Source of the DNA: Thermoguttaceae bacterium
GTDB lineage: Bacteria > Planctomycetota > Planctomycetia > Pirellulales > Thermoguttaceae
Direction: 5' to 3'
Length of the DNA: 64,000 bases
NCBI GenBank assembly: GCA_017557195.1
Contig: JAFZAL010000007.1
Location: 7,260 to 71,259, forward strand
Under the pieces are notes generated by a model, which ran no database searches, was not told the origin of the DNA, and worked only from the letters and a program-made list of their open reading frames with translations. The stretch's first letter is position 1; the number at the start of each line of letters is the position of its first letter. Shown piece by piece: positions 10,301 to 17,546 of this stretch. The position numbers and the translations under genes were made by a program.

Positions 10301-10584
10301 TAACGATTAACGTCAATTCCAAGACCCCAACGGAATTGCAGGCGCTTCCTGGAACGGCTATGGATATTAACTCTCCGGATGCGAACTACGAGTCGCCGGA
10401 AATGGAGTTTATGGACGATGACAATGTGGATGGCTTAAATCCCGCCGTTCCGATGGAAGAAGCGCTTCCGGAAGAAGAAATCATATACGAAGAAGCCGTT
10501 CCGATGGTTGCGCCCAATACGGAATCGAACGTACCGAGCCGCAAAACGCCGCCGGCGCTTCCACTGATTATTGATGAAGAATAA
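7381..10584 (+). CDS. large hypothetical membrane-anchored protein with an acidic Pro/Glu-rich C-terminal region
   Basis: 1067-aa ORF with a GTG start (uncertain; an in-frame ATG lies at 7438). One clear TM segment (WTLSLISAVIALLVGLFIFGW). Structured central part and low-complexity acidic tail. Only 35 nt separate it from the next gene, suggesting an operon. Confidence 0.6.
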   Translation: MSTEHNNLFADFEPLKNAGMSNAVDFSASEPLSGLTDGTSSRFQGLIPEPTDALFDKMWESCDSLNNSVPNTSVPSLNDQKEFQPLSPDAFMRPVSVLEGRGSAPIFDDVLPEQNRSPRRSSQPTQIVPSESEIAYFERMWETGEFPEHETDQKSNVLSNEELELRIEDSDRLLSSTCSSKPLFDSVEIPQLLNSKADDQEENRKGLAAKREERIRSQRSTDDSPRAEQTAPAVQTSKSWGGWTLSLISAVIALLVGLFIFGWNILPAYLVQCQIQQATGLSLRLDNVHQDYRAGITKVESIQAFDSAQRPFFETGRTTFSSSLPYFVGNNNNMNWAMVEGIRFAPTPSYVNPNAASLRNNEFYKALKSVEKELDDSQIDLLVKNSVSTISSPYEQTIRRAEQEVKDITQQIQVLQERLLSSGDEATDADKAQATSYQQRMKMALSDMSIEESLYNQRNAALLNNLRSKRDHNRAESNVPAVTHGVVTEYLFGQDYTAFTGQFLYEIRQFCRWLPKDLEKALGPVDKLDPSALSFRRIETQEQLAVGQIRLTGQTQFMNQTVPFSAVITNYSTKPNGKPLVLDVAFGEDQTARLRMEARRGENRTEIKVEYVSSNVNPGALFGLEDGLHVKLEPDEKTPFIQTRSIQFIVADGRIQGEYAMAQTAPFVSIGVSGVRSQSNVERLNQLVQNVEKITLNGSISGQFSKPELRVSSNLESMGIPVLTVAANEYDQRMDEYRTAIEKKSSELIEQEQKRIAKIAEDVKVSANGNALLLNQLCSGAVDSQIVVEKEPANAEPEVKEETTDEAKLADSEDELTLPSVEDLTVEDDASAVSPEDMPFPELPVPEAEPAQASAQIAAGDVMVEDLPPLDAPETALPMETESNVTQIAPQQTEQNAPVEMVEEYPELPALPSVEELLSEQADAKEQSGNAEQGISASASPSQTFGELPSLEELAPESGIPMTAPQTNDNSAGVTINVNSKTPTELQALPGTAMDINSPDANYESPEMEFMDDDNVDGLNPAVPMEEALPEEEIIYEEAVPMVAPNTESNVPSRKTPPALPLIIDEE

Positions 10585-10619
10585 GCGTTAAAAATACAGA
10601 CGGTTAAACAGAGAAATAT

Positions 10620-13004
10620 ATGAAAAAGAATGTCTTCTGGCGAATATTCAGCGCAGCCGCGTTAACGACTATTGTTTGGAGCGCGGCATGTCTGAACGTC
10701 TATGGATTTACGAACAACTCCAATTCCGGAGGAACTCTGCTTGACGTATTTCGCGGACGCGGCAGTTCGTCCAACCCTTCTCCGACAGTCAGCGCGCCAA
10801 CTCCGCCTAACGCCGGTTACGAATCTCCTGTGTTGCCAGCTCCGCAATTGACCAATGTCAATGGGTATGGACAGCCGCAGGGCGTTGTTGAGACGCCTCG
10901 GCAATTCCCCAGTTCACAATACGTTCCGCCAGCAGTCCCAGCGCCGCAGGAACCGGTTCAAAACAAGTGGTCGTTAAAAAGCTGGCTGTCCGGCGCTGCG
11001 CCTGTTCAGCCGCAGCCTCAATATGTTGAACCCGCGCCGCCTCTGACGCCGTCGTATAATCCACCCCATTCCCATGCGAGTCATCCGGTTATGCCCAGTC
11101 ATCCGGTTATGCCCAGCGGGCAGAAAACGCAATATCCTGTTGTTCCGCTGGATTCGGAGGATTTTCGACCTCAGGAAGGCGCGATCTATAACGAAAAAGG
11201 GGAAATGATTTACAACCCCGCAAGCGGGGAACCCATGCCGAATTTCGCCGAGGGCGAGACTCTGCAGGGAAACGTCGATTGGGGTGTAACAGGTAACGAG
11301 AGCATGCCAGACGCGTCAATAATTCCTCCTGCAGCAATTCCACCCGCAGCTATTCCTCCTGCAGCAATTCCTCCCGCTGCAATTCCTCCCGCTGCCAAAG
11401 CCGACGCCGTTCCGAATAACGAATCGGAATCCACCGCCAAGCGGATTATTATGGGACGATCGAGCGCAGGACGTTCTGCGACGCCTGTCAATCAGGAACG
11501 GGTTTACAATCAAACGCCGAGTTCTCCAAGTGGCTCGGTTTATCCAACGCCAGAACCGATTCCCGCTCAAATGCCGGCTAATCCCTACGCTCAGCAGCCG
11601 ACTGTTAGTTCTGGAAATCCTCCTGTTGGAACAGGGAAAGCGATTATCAACGGAAATTCGGGAGCCTCAGCATTTAGCAAAACGTATACGCCAGGTCCGG
11701 TTCGGACAGACGTTCCGGCGGAACCTGTTATGGATATGTCAGGTCCAGATTTGACAGAAGCCTTGCCGCAGGATTCTGCCGTATCGCCGGCGCCGGCTGC
11801 TTCACCGGTAATCGAGGAAATACATAACGATTCGCCGCTGGAAAAACTCTCAGAGAAAAACAACGAAACCCCGGTTTTAGAACCGGTTCCGGAATCCGTT
11901 ACAGAGATTGACATTCCTAAAGAGAAAACAGGGAATAGGGAACAGGGAGTAGGGAATAGCGATTCGCCGAAGACGAATTCAACTCCTCTTGCAACGCGCA
12001 AGTCGCAAATTTCAACTTCCCAAGCTCCATTGATAGTCGAAATCTCCGGTCCTGAAGAAGTCGAGTTTGGCAAGAACGAGATGTTTTCTTTGAGCGTAAT
12101 CAATACGACCGACGCCGTTCGCCGTGACATTGATTTAAGCGTTCATCCAGAAGGATTTGGCGACGATAAAACCGCCAGTTTGACGCTTGAAGAACTGCAG
12201 CCGGGCGAGAAGAAGTCCGTTTATATGAAGCTCAATGCGCGTCAGTACAATAATTTGTCGCTGACGGCTCAGGTTCGTGACGCGTTGGGATTTGAAGCGG
12301 TGAAATCAATCAGCGTCCGCGTGAAAGACGAGTCTGTGAAGATCTCGATTCTGCCTCCTCAGGCGGAGAGCGCGTTCGTCGGACAGCCGACGCAGTACCT
12401 GATTCGAATTGTCAACAAGGGGGCTAAAACCGTTACGCTCAACGCAGTCGCGTTTTTTGGAAACGGCATTGAACCGATTCGAGCGTCCGGCGCGCCCAAT
12501 TCGATTCAAAGCGGTCAGGTTGTCGTCGATACGCCGATTGAACTCAAACAGGGCGAGATGCGCGATTTGAAAATTGTCGCCGTTGCATTCCAGCCGGGCG
12601 TTCATAAAATCCTGGTTCAGCTGTTTGATTCCCGCGGCGCGACGTATGCCGCCAAGGAGTCTTGCGCTTATCGCCAGCGCGAGTTTGACAATAACGATTC
12701 TGAAATCGCGGAAAAAGACGCCCGAATTGAACTCACGCCGGGCAAATCCGAAATCGGCGTCTGGAAACCGGCGGGAGATTCAGGCAGTAGGCAAGAGACA
12801 GTAGGCATGAGTGAGAGTACGCAAGCGACCAACGGGAGCGAATTTCGGCAGACGCGCGGTAGCGCGGATGGGGAGCGGCGCCTCGCCGCCTCGCAACTCG
12901 CAACTCCTGACGCGCCGGCTCAGAACGCCCCTGACGCCGTCCCGCTGACTCAACCGGATCAGGGCCCGCAAGGCGATTTGATTATGCCGATGTTCGCACA
13001 GTAA
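10620..13004 (+). CDS. secreted proline-rich protein with two C-terminal Ig-like (CARDB/DUF11-like) modules
   Basis: Signal peptide MKKNVFWRIFSAAALTTIVWSAA. Pro-rich repeats (HPVMPS x2, AIPPA x5). Two beta-sandwich-like modules (PLIVEISGPEEVEFGKNEMFSLSVINT... and VKISILPPQAESAFVGQPTQYLIRIVNKG...). The last ~75 codons run through repeat-element sequence. Confidence 0.65.
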   Translation: MKKNVFWRIFSAAALTTIVWSAACLNVYGFTNNSNSGGTLLDVFRGRGSSSNPSPTVSAPTPPNAGYESPVLPAPQLTNVNGYGQPQGVVETPRQFPSSQYVPPAVPAPQEPVQNKWSLKSWLSGAAPVQPQPQYVEPAPPLTPSYNPPHSHASHPVMPSHPVMPSGQKTQYPVVPLDSEDFRPQEGAIYNEKGEMIYNPASGEPMPNFAEGETLQGNVDWGVTGNESMPDASIIPPAAIPPAAIPPAAIPPAAIPPAAKADAVPNNESESTAKRIIMGRSSAGRSATPVNQERVYNQTPSSPSGSVYPTPEPIPAQMPANPYAQQPTVSSGNPPVGTGKAIINGNSGASAFSKTYTPGPVRTDVPAEPVMDMSGPDLTEALPQDSAVSPAPAASPVIEEIHNDSPLEKLSEKNNETPVLEPVPESVTEIDIPKEKTGNREQGVGNSDSPKTNSTPLATRKSQISTSQAPLIVEISGPEEVEFGKNEMFSLSVINTTDAVRRDIDLSVHPEGFGDDKTASLTLEELQPGEKKSVYMKLNARQYNNLSLTAQVRDALGFEAVKSISVRVKDESVKISILPPQAESAFVGQPTQYLIRIVNKGAKTVTLNAVAFFGNGIEPIRASGAPNSIQSGQVVVDTPIELKQGEMRDLKIVAVAFQPGVHKILVQLFDSRGATYAAKESCAYRQREFDNNDSEIAEKDARIELTPGKSEIGVWKPAGDSGSRQETVGMSESTQATNGSEFRQTRGSADGERRLAASQLATPDAPAQNAPDAVPLTQPDQGPQGDLIMPMFAQ
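11319..11396 (+). repeat. in-frame 15-nt tandem repeat x5 (AIPPA pentapeptide)
   Basis: Units attcctcctgcagca, attccacccgcagct, attcctcctgcagca, attcctcccgctgca and attcctcccgctgcc, differing by synonymous changes. Confidence 0.9.
11928..12010. repeat. degenerate 7-mer-arm element embedded in frame in a CDS (AGGGAAT arm plus attcgcc..gaattc centre)
   Basis: Sequence is cagggaatagggaacagggagtagggaatagcgattcgccgaagacgaattcaactcctcttgcaacgcgcaagtcgcaa, translated as TGNREQGVGNSDSPKTNSTPLATRKSQ. It resembles the intergenic element at 26340-26428. Confidence 0.6.
12781..12907. repeat. 7-mer-arm element embedded in frame near a CDS 3' end (GCAGTAG left arm, exact core, GCAACTC right arm)
   Basis: Left arm caggcagtaggcaagagacagtaggcatgagtgagag. 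Core ACGCAAGCG at 12819-12827. Right arm ctcgccgcctcgcaactcgcaactcc. Both TAGs in the left arm fall out of frame. Confidence 0.7.
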
Positions 13005-13005
13005 T

Positions 13006-13085
13006 GAGTGCGTAGTGTTTAGTGCATAGTGCGTAGGACGCAAGCGATTCTCTCACTATGCACTAAGTACTATGCACTATGCACT
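13006..13085. repeat. 7-mer-arm hairpin element (GTGCATA / TATGCAC arms)
   Basis: Left arm gagtgcgtagtgtttagtgcatagtgcgtag. Core ACGCAAGCG at 13038-13046. Right arm actatgcactaagtactatgcactatgcact. Starts 2 nt after the TAA at 13002-13004. Confidence 0.85.
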
Positions 13086-13094
13086 TCCCCCATC

Positions 13095-14321
13095 ATGACT
13101 CAATTCCATTCAACAGTTCTTTCTAACGGTTTGACGGTTTTGGCGGAAACGATTCCGTATGCGTACAGCGTCAGCGTCTGCTTTTTTGTCAAGACGGGCA
13201 GTCGTGACGAAACGACGGCGGAATCGGGCGTGAGTCATTTTCTGGAACACATGATCTTCAAGGGGACGCAAAAACGGACGGCAGAGGAAGTCAACCGCCT
13301 TTTTGACGATATGGGCGCGTCGAACAATGCCTGTACGAGCGAGGACGCGACGATTTTCTATGCGTCTTTTCTCCCGGAATATCTGGAACCGGTTATAGAA
13401 CTGTGGTCAGACGTTCTGCGCCCGGCTTTGAGGGAGTCGGACTTCAATTCTGAACGTCAGGTCGTTCTGGAAGAGCTGAAAATGTATCAGGACGAGCCGC
13501 CGTACGATATGGACGAGCAGGCGCGCCGGGCCTTTTTCAACGGGCATCCGCTGGGAAATCCGATTATCGGGACGGTTGACTCGCTCAACGCCATGACGCC
13601 GGAAATGATGCGGGAATATTTGAATCGTCAGTACGCCCCGAACAACATCGTTCTTTGCGCGGCAGGGAAAGTCGACTTCGATAATTTGACGCGTTTGGCG
13701 GAGAAGTACTGCGGCTCCTGGACGCCCCGAGACGTCACAAGAAATTTGCAATCGTTTACGCCCGGACAACGGCTCAATCGAATTGCCGACTCGACGGCGG
13801 CTGAGGAGTATATAATCGACTGGTATCCGGGACCGAATCCGGTTGGCCGCGATTATTATGCGGCAAAAATGTTCGCGTCGCTTATCGGGGACGAGTCTGG
13901 AAGCCGGTTCTACTGGAAATTATGCGACGTCGGTCTGGCGGATTCCGCTCTTTTTGTGTATTCAGACTATACGGAAACCGGCGCGTTTAACGCCTCGTTT
14001 TCCTGCGCTCCGGAAGAGGAAAAAACGTGCATGGACATCGTTGCCGACGTCTATGACGACGTCCTGAATAAAGGGTTTTCGGAAAAGGAACTCGACCAGC
14101 GCCGCCGCCGGGAGATGGCAAGTCTGATTATGCGCGAGGAGCGCGTCCTGTCACGAGCGTTTACGATTTCCTCTGACTGGATTTGCCGAAATCAGTATTT
14201 TACGCTTGACGACGAAATCAACATACTCAAAAGCGTTACACTGGACGAAATCAACGACATGGCAAAACGCTTCCCGCTCCGTCCCGCCGTTCGCTTTGCG
14301 GTCGGACCGAACGAAGAGTAA
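13095..14321 (+). CDS. M16 (pitrilysin-family) zinc metallopeptidase
   Basis: Inverted zinc motif HFLEH followed by MIFKGT. Typical N-terminus MTQFHSTVLSNGLTVLAE. I prefer the ATG at 13095, because the ORF-track start at 13029 lies inside the hairpin repeat. Confidence 0.85.
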   Translation: MTQFHSTVLSNGLTVLAETIPYAYSVSVCFFVKTGSRDETTAESGVSHFLEHMIFKGTQKRTAEEVNRLFDDMGASNNACTSEDATIFYASFLPEYLEPVIELWSDVLRPALRESDFNSERQVVLEELKMYQDEPPYDMDEQARRAFFNGHPLGNPIIGTVDSLNAMTPEMMREYLNRQYAPNNIVLCAAGKVDFDNLTRLAEKYCGSWTPRDVTRNLQSFTPGQRLNRIADSTAAEEYIIDWYPGPNPVGRDYYAAKMFASLIGDESGSRFYWKLCDVGLADSALFVYSDYTETGAFNASFSCAPEEEKTCMDIVADVYDDVLNKGFSEKELDQRRRREMASLIMREERVLSRAFTISSDWICRNQYFTLDDEINILKSVTLDEINDMAKRFPLRPAVRFAVGPNEE

Positions 14322-14375
14322 TTCGTAATAGACGAGACGGGGCTCTCTAATTTCTAAAATCCCGTATCGGGGGGA

Positions 14376-14404
14376 TTGCAATTATATTCTCGTTGGTATA
14401 AAAT
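14376..14404 (+). promoter_or_regulatory. candidate sigma70-like promoter for the 14467 gene
   Basis: TTGCAA (14376-14381), a 17-nt spacer, then TAAAAT (14399-14404), about 60 nt upstream of the ATG. Pattern match only; promoter rules for this lineage are poorly known. Confidence 0.25.
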
Positions 14405-14466
14405 GATATTAAAATATTGTTCTCCCCGAGAAATTATAAACAACGTTTTACCCTGCCTAATTAGTC

Positions 14467-17409
14467 ATGAAAACAATTCAATCCTTTATTATTGCGACAG
14501 CGTGTCTTTTGACAGTTGCGTCGTTTGCGGACGAAGCCGTTATTATTTCCATCAAGACGGACAGCCAAAGCTATCCGATTTACAAAAGCTCGTTCGCCTG
14601 TGACGGGGATAAAGCCAATTTCTGGCATACGGAGTTTGAAAAGCGTCAGCCAGCGCCGCCGCACTGGGTGGAATTCGATTTGAAGAATACGGAACTTGTT
14701 CGCGGCGTTTCGTATACGCCCCGGCAGGATTCCAACAATAACGGGACGTTCTGTCAGACGGAAATTCGCGTCTATGCTAATCCTGAAAATCCGAGCGCTC
14801 CCGTCTGGTCCGGCAATCTGGATTCCCGGCGAAAGAACGTCAAGGACACTGTTACAATTCTGTTTGACAAGCCTGTCGAGGGACGGTTTGTCAAGGTAAC
14901 GGTTTTGTCTTCGGTTGGAAATCAGCCGTACGCCTCAGCGGCGGAACTGCAGCCCATTGTCGACGGCAAGACGTTTACTGCGGACGCCAACGTCTACTTG
15001 AAGAACGTTCCCGGCGCTGACCCGGAACTGATTAGTCAGTACAATCTTTTGCTGGCGGACATCGACAACCGTCAGCGATACGACAAAATCGCCGGGCAGA
15101 TTTACGACCCCCAGGCGGGGATTCTGCCAAAGGACAAAACGCCGGCAGACGTCATTTATCGCCGAACCCTCGCCGCTGTCAACCGCCTGGAAAAGATTGA
15201 CCCTGAGTTAGCGGAGCCGTTTCTGGCGGAGCTGAAAGCGCTCAACCCGGCTGAGAACAAGACGCTGACGGTTGAACAGAGTTTTGCTCTGTTTGAAAAG
15301 ATCGCGAAAGTCCGGCGGCGGGTGATGTTTGCCGACCCGGATCTGGATTTCGACAAGCTGCTGTTTGTCAAAAAACATCGCGCGACGTTCAACCATCTTT
15401 GCGACCAGTACTACGGCGTCAACATACTTCCCGGAGGAGGGATTTTTATGCTGGAAAACGCGTTTGACCCGGATTCTGCCCCAACGGTCAAAAACGTTCT
15501 GGAAAACTCCGTTGTCGAGTCCGGGCGCCTCAAGGGCGACAACCTCAAGACCGGCGGTTTCGCGACGCTGGCTCTGGACTACGACGCTCAGAAAATCGCC
15601 TTTGCGTACGTCGAAGCGAAGGGCGACAGAGGGCATAAAGCCCATACAGACTTGACCAAAGGACATTGGGAACAGACGCGCTGTCTGCATATCTTTACCG
15701 CTAACGTTGACGGTACGGACGTTCGGCAGATTACGGACGGGACGTGGAACGACTTCTATCCGTGCTTCCTGCCCAACGGACGTCTGGCGTTTATTTCCGA
15801 ACGCCGCGGGGGCTATCTGCGCTGCGGCCGCGAATGTCCGAACTATACGATATTTGATATGAACCCGGACGGGACGCTCATGCGCTGCTTGAGTTATCAC
15901 GAAACCAACGAATGGGCGCCGTCCGTCTCCAACGACGGGAAAATCGTCTGGACGCGCTGGGATTACATCGACCGTCACGGTTGTACGACGCATGCGCCCT
16001 GGATTATGACGCTCAACGGGTCTGACCCCCGCGCTATCCACGGGAACTTTACGCTCCGGCGTCAACGGGCGGATACCGAAATGGATATTCGGGCGATTCC
16101 AAATTCCTCCAAATTCGTTGCGACCGCCGGCCCGCACCATGGTCAGAACTACGGCTCGCTGATTATTATCGATCCGTCTCGCGCGCCAGAGGAAGAGACA
16201 GATGCGATGGCATGTACCAAGCGTTTGACGCCGGACGTCGATTTCCCGGAATCGCAGGGCGGGGCGCAGGTATGGGGATTTGCTTACCCGATTTCCGAAG
16301 ACCTGTTTTTGGCGGTAGCCGACTATTCCTTCGCGCCCGGTAAGGGAATGCAATGGGATAAAAGCGGCAATGGAGACTACGGGATCTATCTGCTCGATCG
16401 GTTTGGGAACCGGGAACTGATTTATCGCGACCCTGAAATCGGCGTTGCGACGGTTCTGCCGTTTGTTAAGCGAACGCGCCCGACGGTTGCGCCTGAATTG
16501 GTTAAACCAGGCGAGATCCCGTCACAGGAATACATCCCGCTGCCGGAACGGGACTGGACAAAGCGTCCCCAAGCGGAAGTAACAATCGCCAACGTCTATC
16601 AGAGCCTCAAACCGTGGCCGGAAAATACAAAGATCAAGTCGTTGAGAATTGTTCAGCTTTATACGATGTCCGTTCCGTCCGGCTGGGGTTATCATACGGG
16701 TCGTCAGGAACCGTCGTCGATGGATAGCGTCAACCTTGTTCGAGGCGTAATCGGAACCGTTCCGGTTGAAGAAGACGGCTCAGCGCATTTCACCGTTCCC
16801 GCTCAGGTGGAACTCTTCTTCCAGGCGTTGGACGAAAACGGAAACGCGGTGCAGTCGATGCGTTCCGGGACGTACTTCCAGCCCGGCGACAACGTTTCCT
16901 GCGTGGGCTGTCACGAACCCAAAGGACAGATTACCCGGTCGTCGAGCGTCCTGCCGTTGGCGTTTACCCGCCCGGCGTCCGTCCCGGTTCCAGACGTTGA
17001 AGGGAGCCGTCCCGCCAACTTCATCGACCTCGTTCAGCCCGTTCTGGACAAACACTGCGTAGAATGTCATGAAAAGCCGGAGAGCAAAACATTCTCTCTG
17101 GCGGGCAAACCGTATTATAAGAAGAACGGCGCGGCGTTCTATCATTCGTATTATAACCTGATGTATAACGGCTGGGGGTTCTGCGATTACGGTTCCTCCG
17201 TCCGGACAACGCCCGGTCAGTTCGGCGCGCTGAAATCCCCGCTTCTGCCGTTGCTTGATAAAGGTCATTACGGCGTTAAACTGTCAGAGGAAGAGCGGCA
17301 TCGAATCGCCCTCTGGATGGATATGCTCTCGCCGTTTTTCAGCGTCTACGAACCGGAACAGCAGAACATACAGCTGCAAGGAGAAAAGGTTTATCCGACG
17401 CTGGAATGA
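14467..17409 (+). CDS. secreted multidomain protein: F5/8 type C (discoidin) domain, TolB-like beta-propeller region and two CXXCH motifs
   Basis: Signal peptide MKTIQSFIIATACLLTVASFA. Discoidin-like FWHTEF...HWVEFDL...VRGVSYTPRQD...FVKV. Propeller-like repeats (PNGRLAFISER, NDGKIVWTRWD). CVGCH at 16900-16914 and CVECH at 17056-17070. Confidence 0.8.
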   Translation: MKTIQSFIIATACLLTVASFADEAVIISIKTDSQSYPIYKSSFACDGDKANFWHTEFEKRQPAPPHWVEFDLKNTELVRGVSYTPRQDSNNNGTFCQTEIRVYANPENPSAPVWSGNLDSRRKNVKDTVTILFDKPVEGRFVKVTVLSSVGNQPYASAAELQPIVDGKTFTADANVYLKNVPGADPELISQYNLLLADIDNRQRYDKIAGQIYDPQAGILPKDKTPADVIYRRTLAAVNRLEKIDPELAEPFLAELKALNPAENKTLTVEQSFALFEKIAKVRRRVMFADPDLDFDKLLFVKKHRATFNHLCDQYYGVNILPGGGIFMLENAFDPDSAPTVKNVLENSVVESGRLKGDNLKTGGFATLALDYDAQKIAFAYVEAKGDRGHKAHTDLTKGHWEQTRCLHIFTANVDGTDVRQITDGTWNDFYPCFLPNGRLAFISERRGGYLRCGRECPNYTIFDMNPDGTLMRCLSYHETNEWAPSVSNDGKIVWTRWDYIDRHGCTTHAPWIMTLNGSDPRAIHGNFTLRRQRADTEMDIRAIPNSSKFVATAGPHHGQNYGSLIIIDPSRAPEEETDAMACTKRLTPDVDFPESQGGAQVWGFAYPISEDLFLAVADYSFAPGKGMQWDKSGNGDYGIYLLDRFGNRELIYRDPEIGVATVLPFVKRTRPTVAPELVKPGEIPSQEYIPLPERDWTKRPQAEVTIANVYQSLKPWPENTKIKSLRIVQLYTMSVPSGWGYHTGRQEPSSMDSVNLVRGVIGTVPVEEDGSAHFTVPAQVELFFQALDENGNAVQSMRSGTYFQPGDNVSCVGCHEPKGQITRSSSVLPLAFTRPASVPVPDVEGSRPANFIDLVQPVLDKHCVECHEKPESKTFSLAGKPYYKKNGAAFYHSYYNLMYNGWGFCDYGSSVRTTPGQFGALKSPLLPLLDKGHYGVKLSEEERHRIALWMDMLSPFFSVYEPEQQNIQLQGEKVYPTLE

Positions 17410-17546
17410 GATTAGGCAATAGGCGCGAAGAGCATCCAGTTTCAGGGGGGCGGGTATTACCCGCCAAAAAAATCAACCTTTGATTTTCGCGGACAATGTC
17501 CGCTCCCCAGAAACCTACTGCCTACTGCCTCTTGCCTAATGCCTAT
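17410..17546. repeat. composite element between convergent genes: GCAGTAG-family arms enclosing two short GC hairpins
   Basis: Left arm gattaggcaataggcg. GC hairpins gggcgggtattacccgcc (17448-17465) and gcggacaatgtccgc (17489-17503). Right arm ctactgcctactgcctcttgcctaatgcctatc. Confidence 0.75.

Noticed and set aside
13029-13094. ORF-track N-terminal extensions using alternative starts: 13029 for the M16 peptidase, 38206 for fxsA, 48326 for rsmH, 61842 for the hydrolase and 62877 for xthA
   Set aside because: The extensions either run through repeat elements, overlap the upstream gene, or add non-conserved residues ahead of the canonical family N-terminus. In-frame ATGs at 13095, 38140, 48344, 61884 and 62931 fit better.
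15208-16353. 381-aa minus-strand ORF inside the discoidin/propeller gene. Similar antisense ORFs lie at 8281..9003, 25440..26066, 35977..36975, 39368..40096, 46511..47158 and 58180..59196.
   Set aside because: All lie antisense to genes with strong motif support. Their composition is typical of shadow frames (Arg-rich, no domains).
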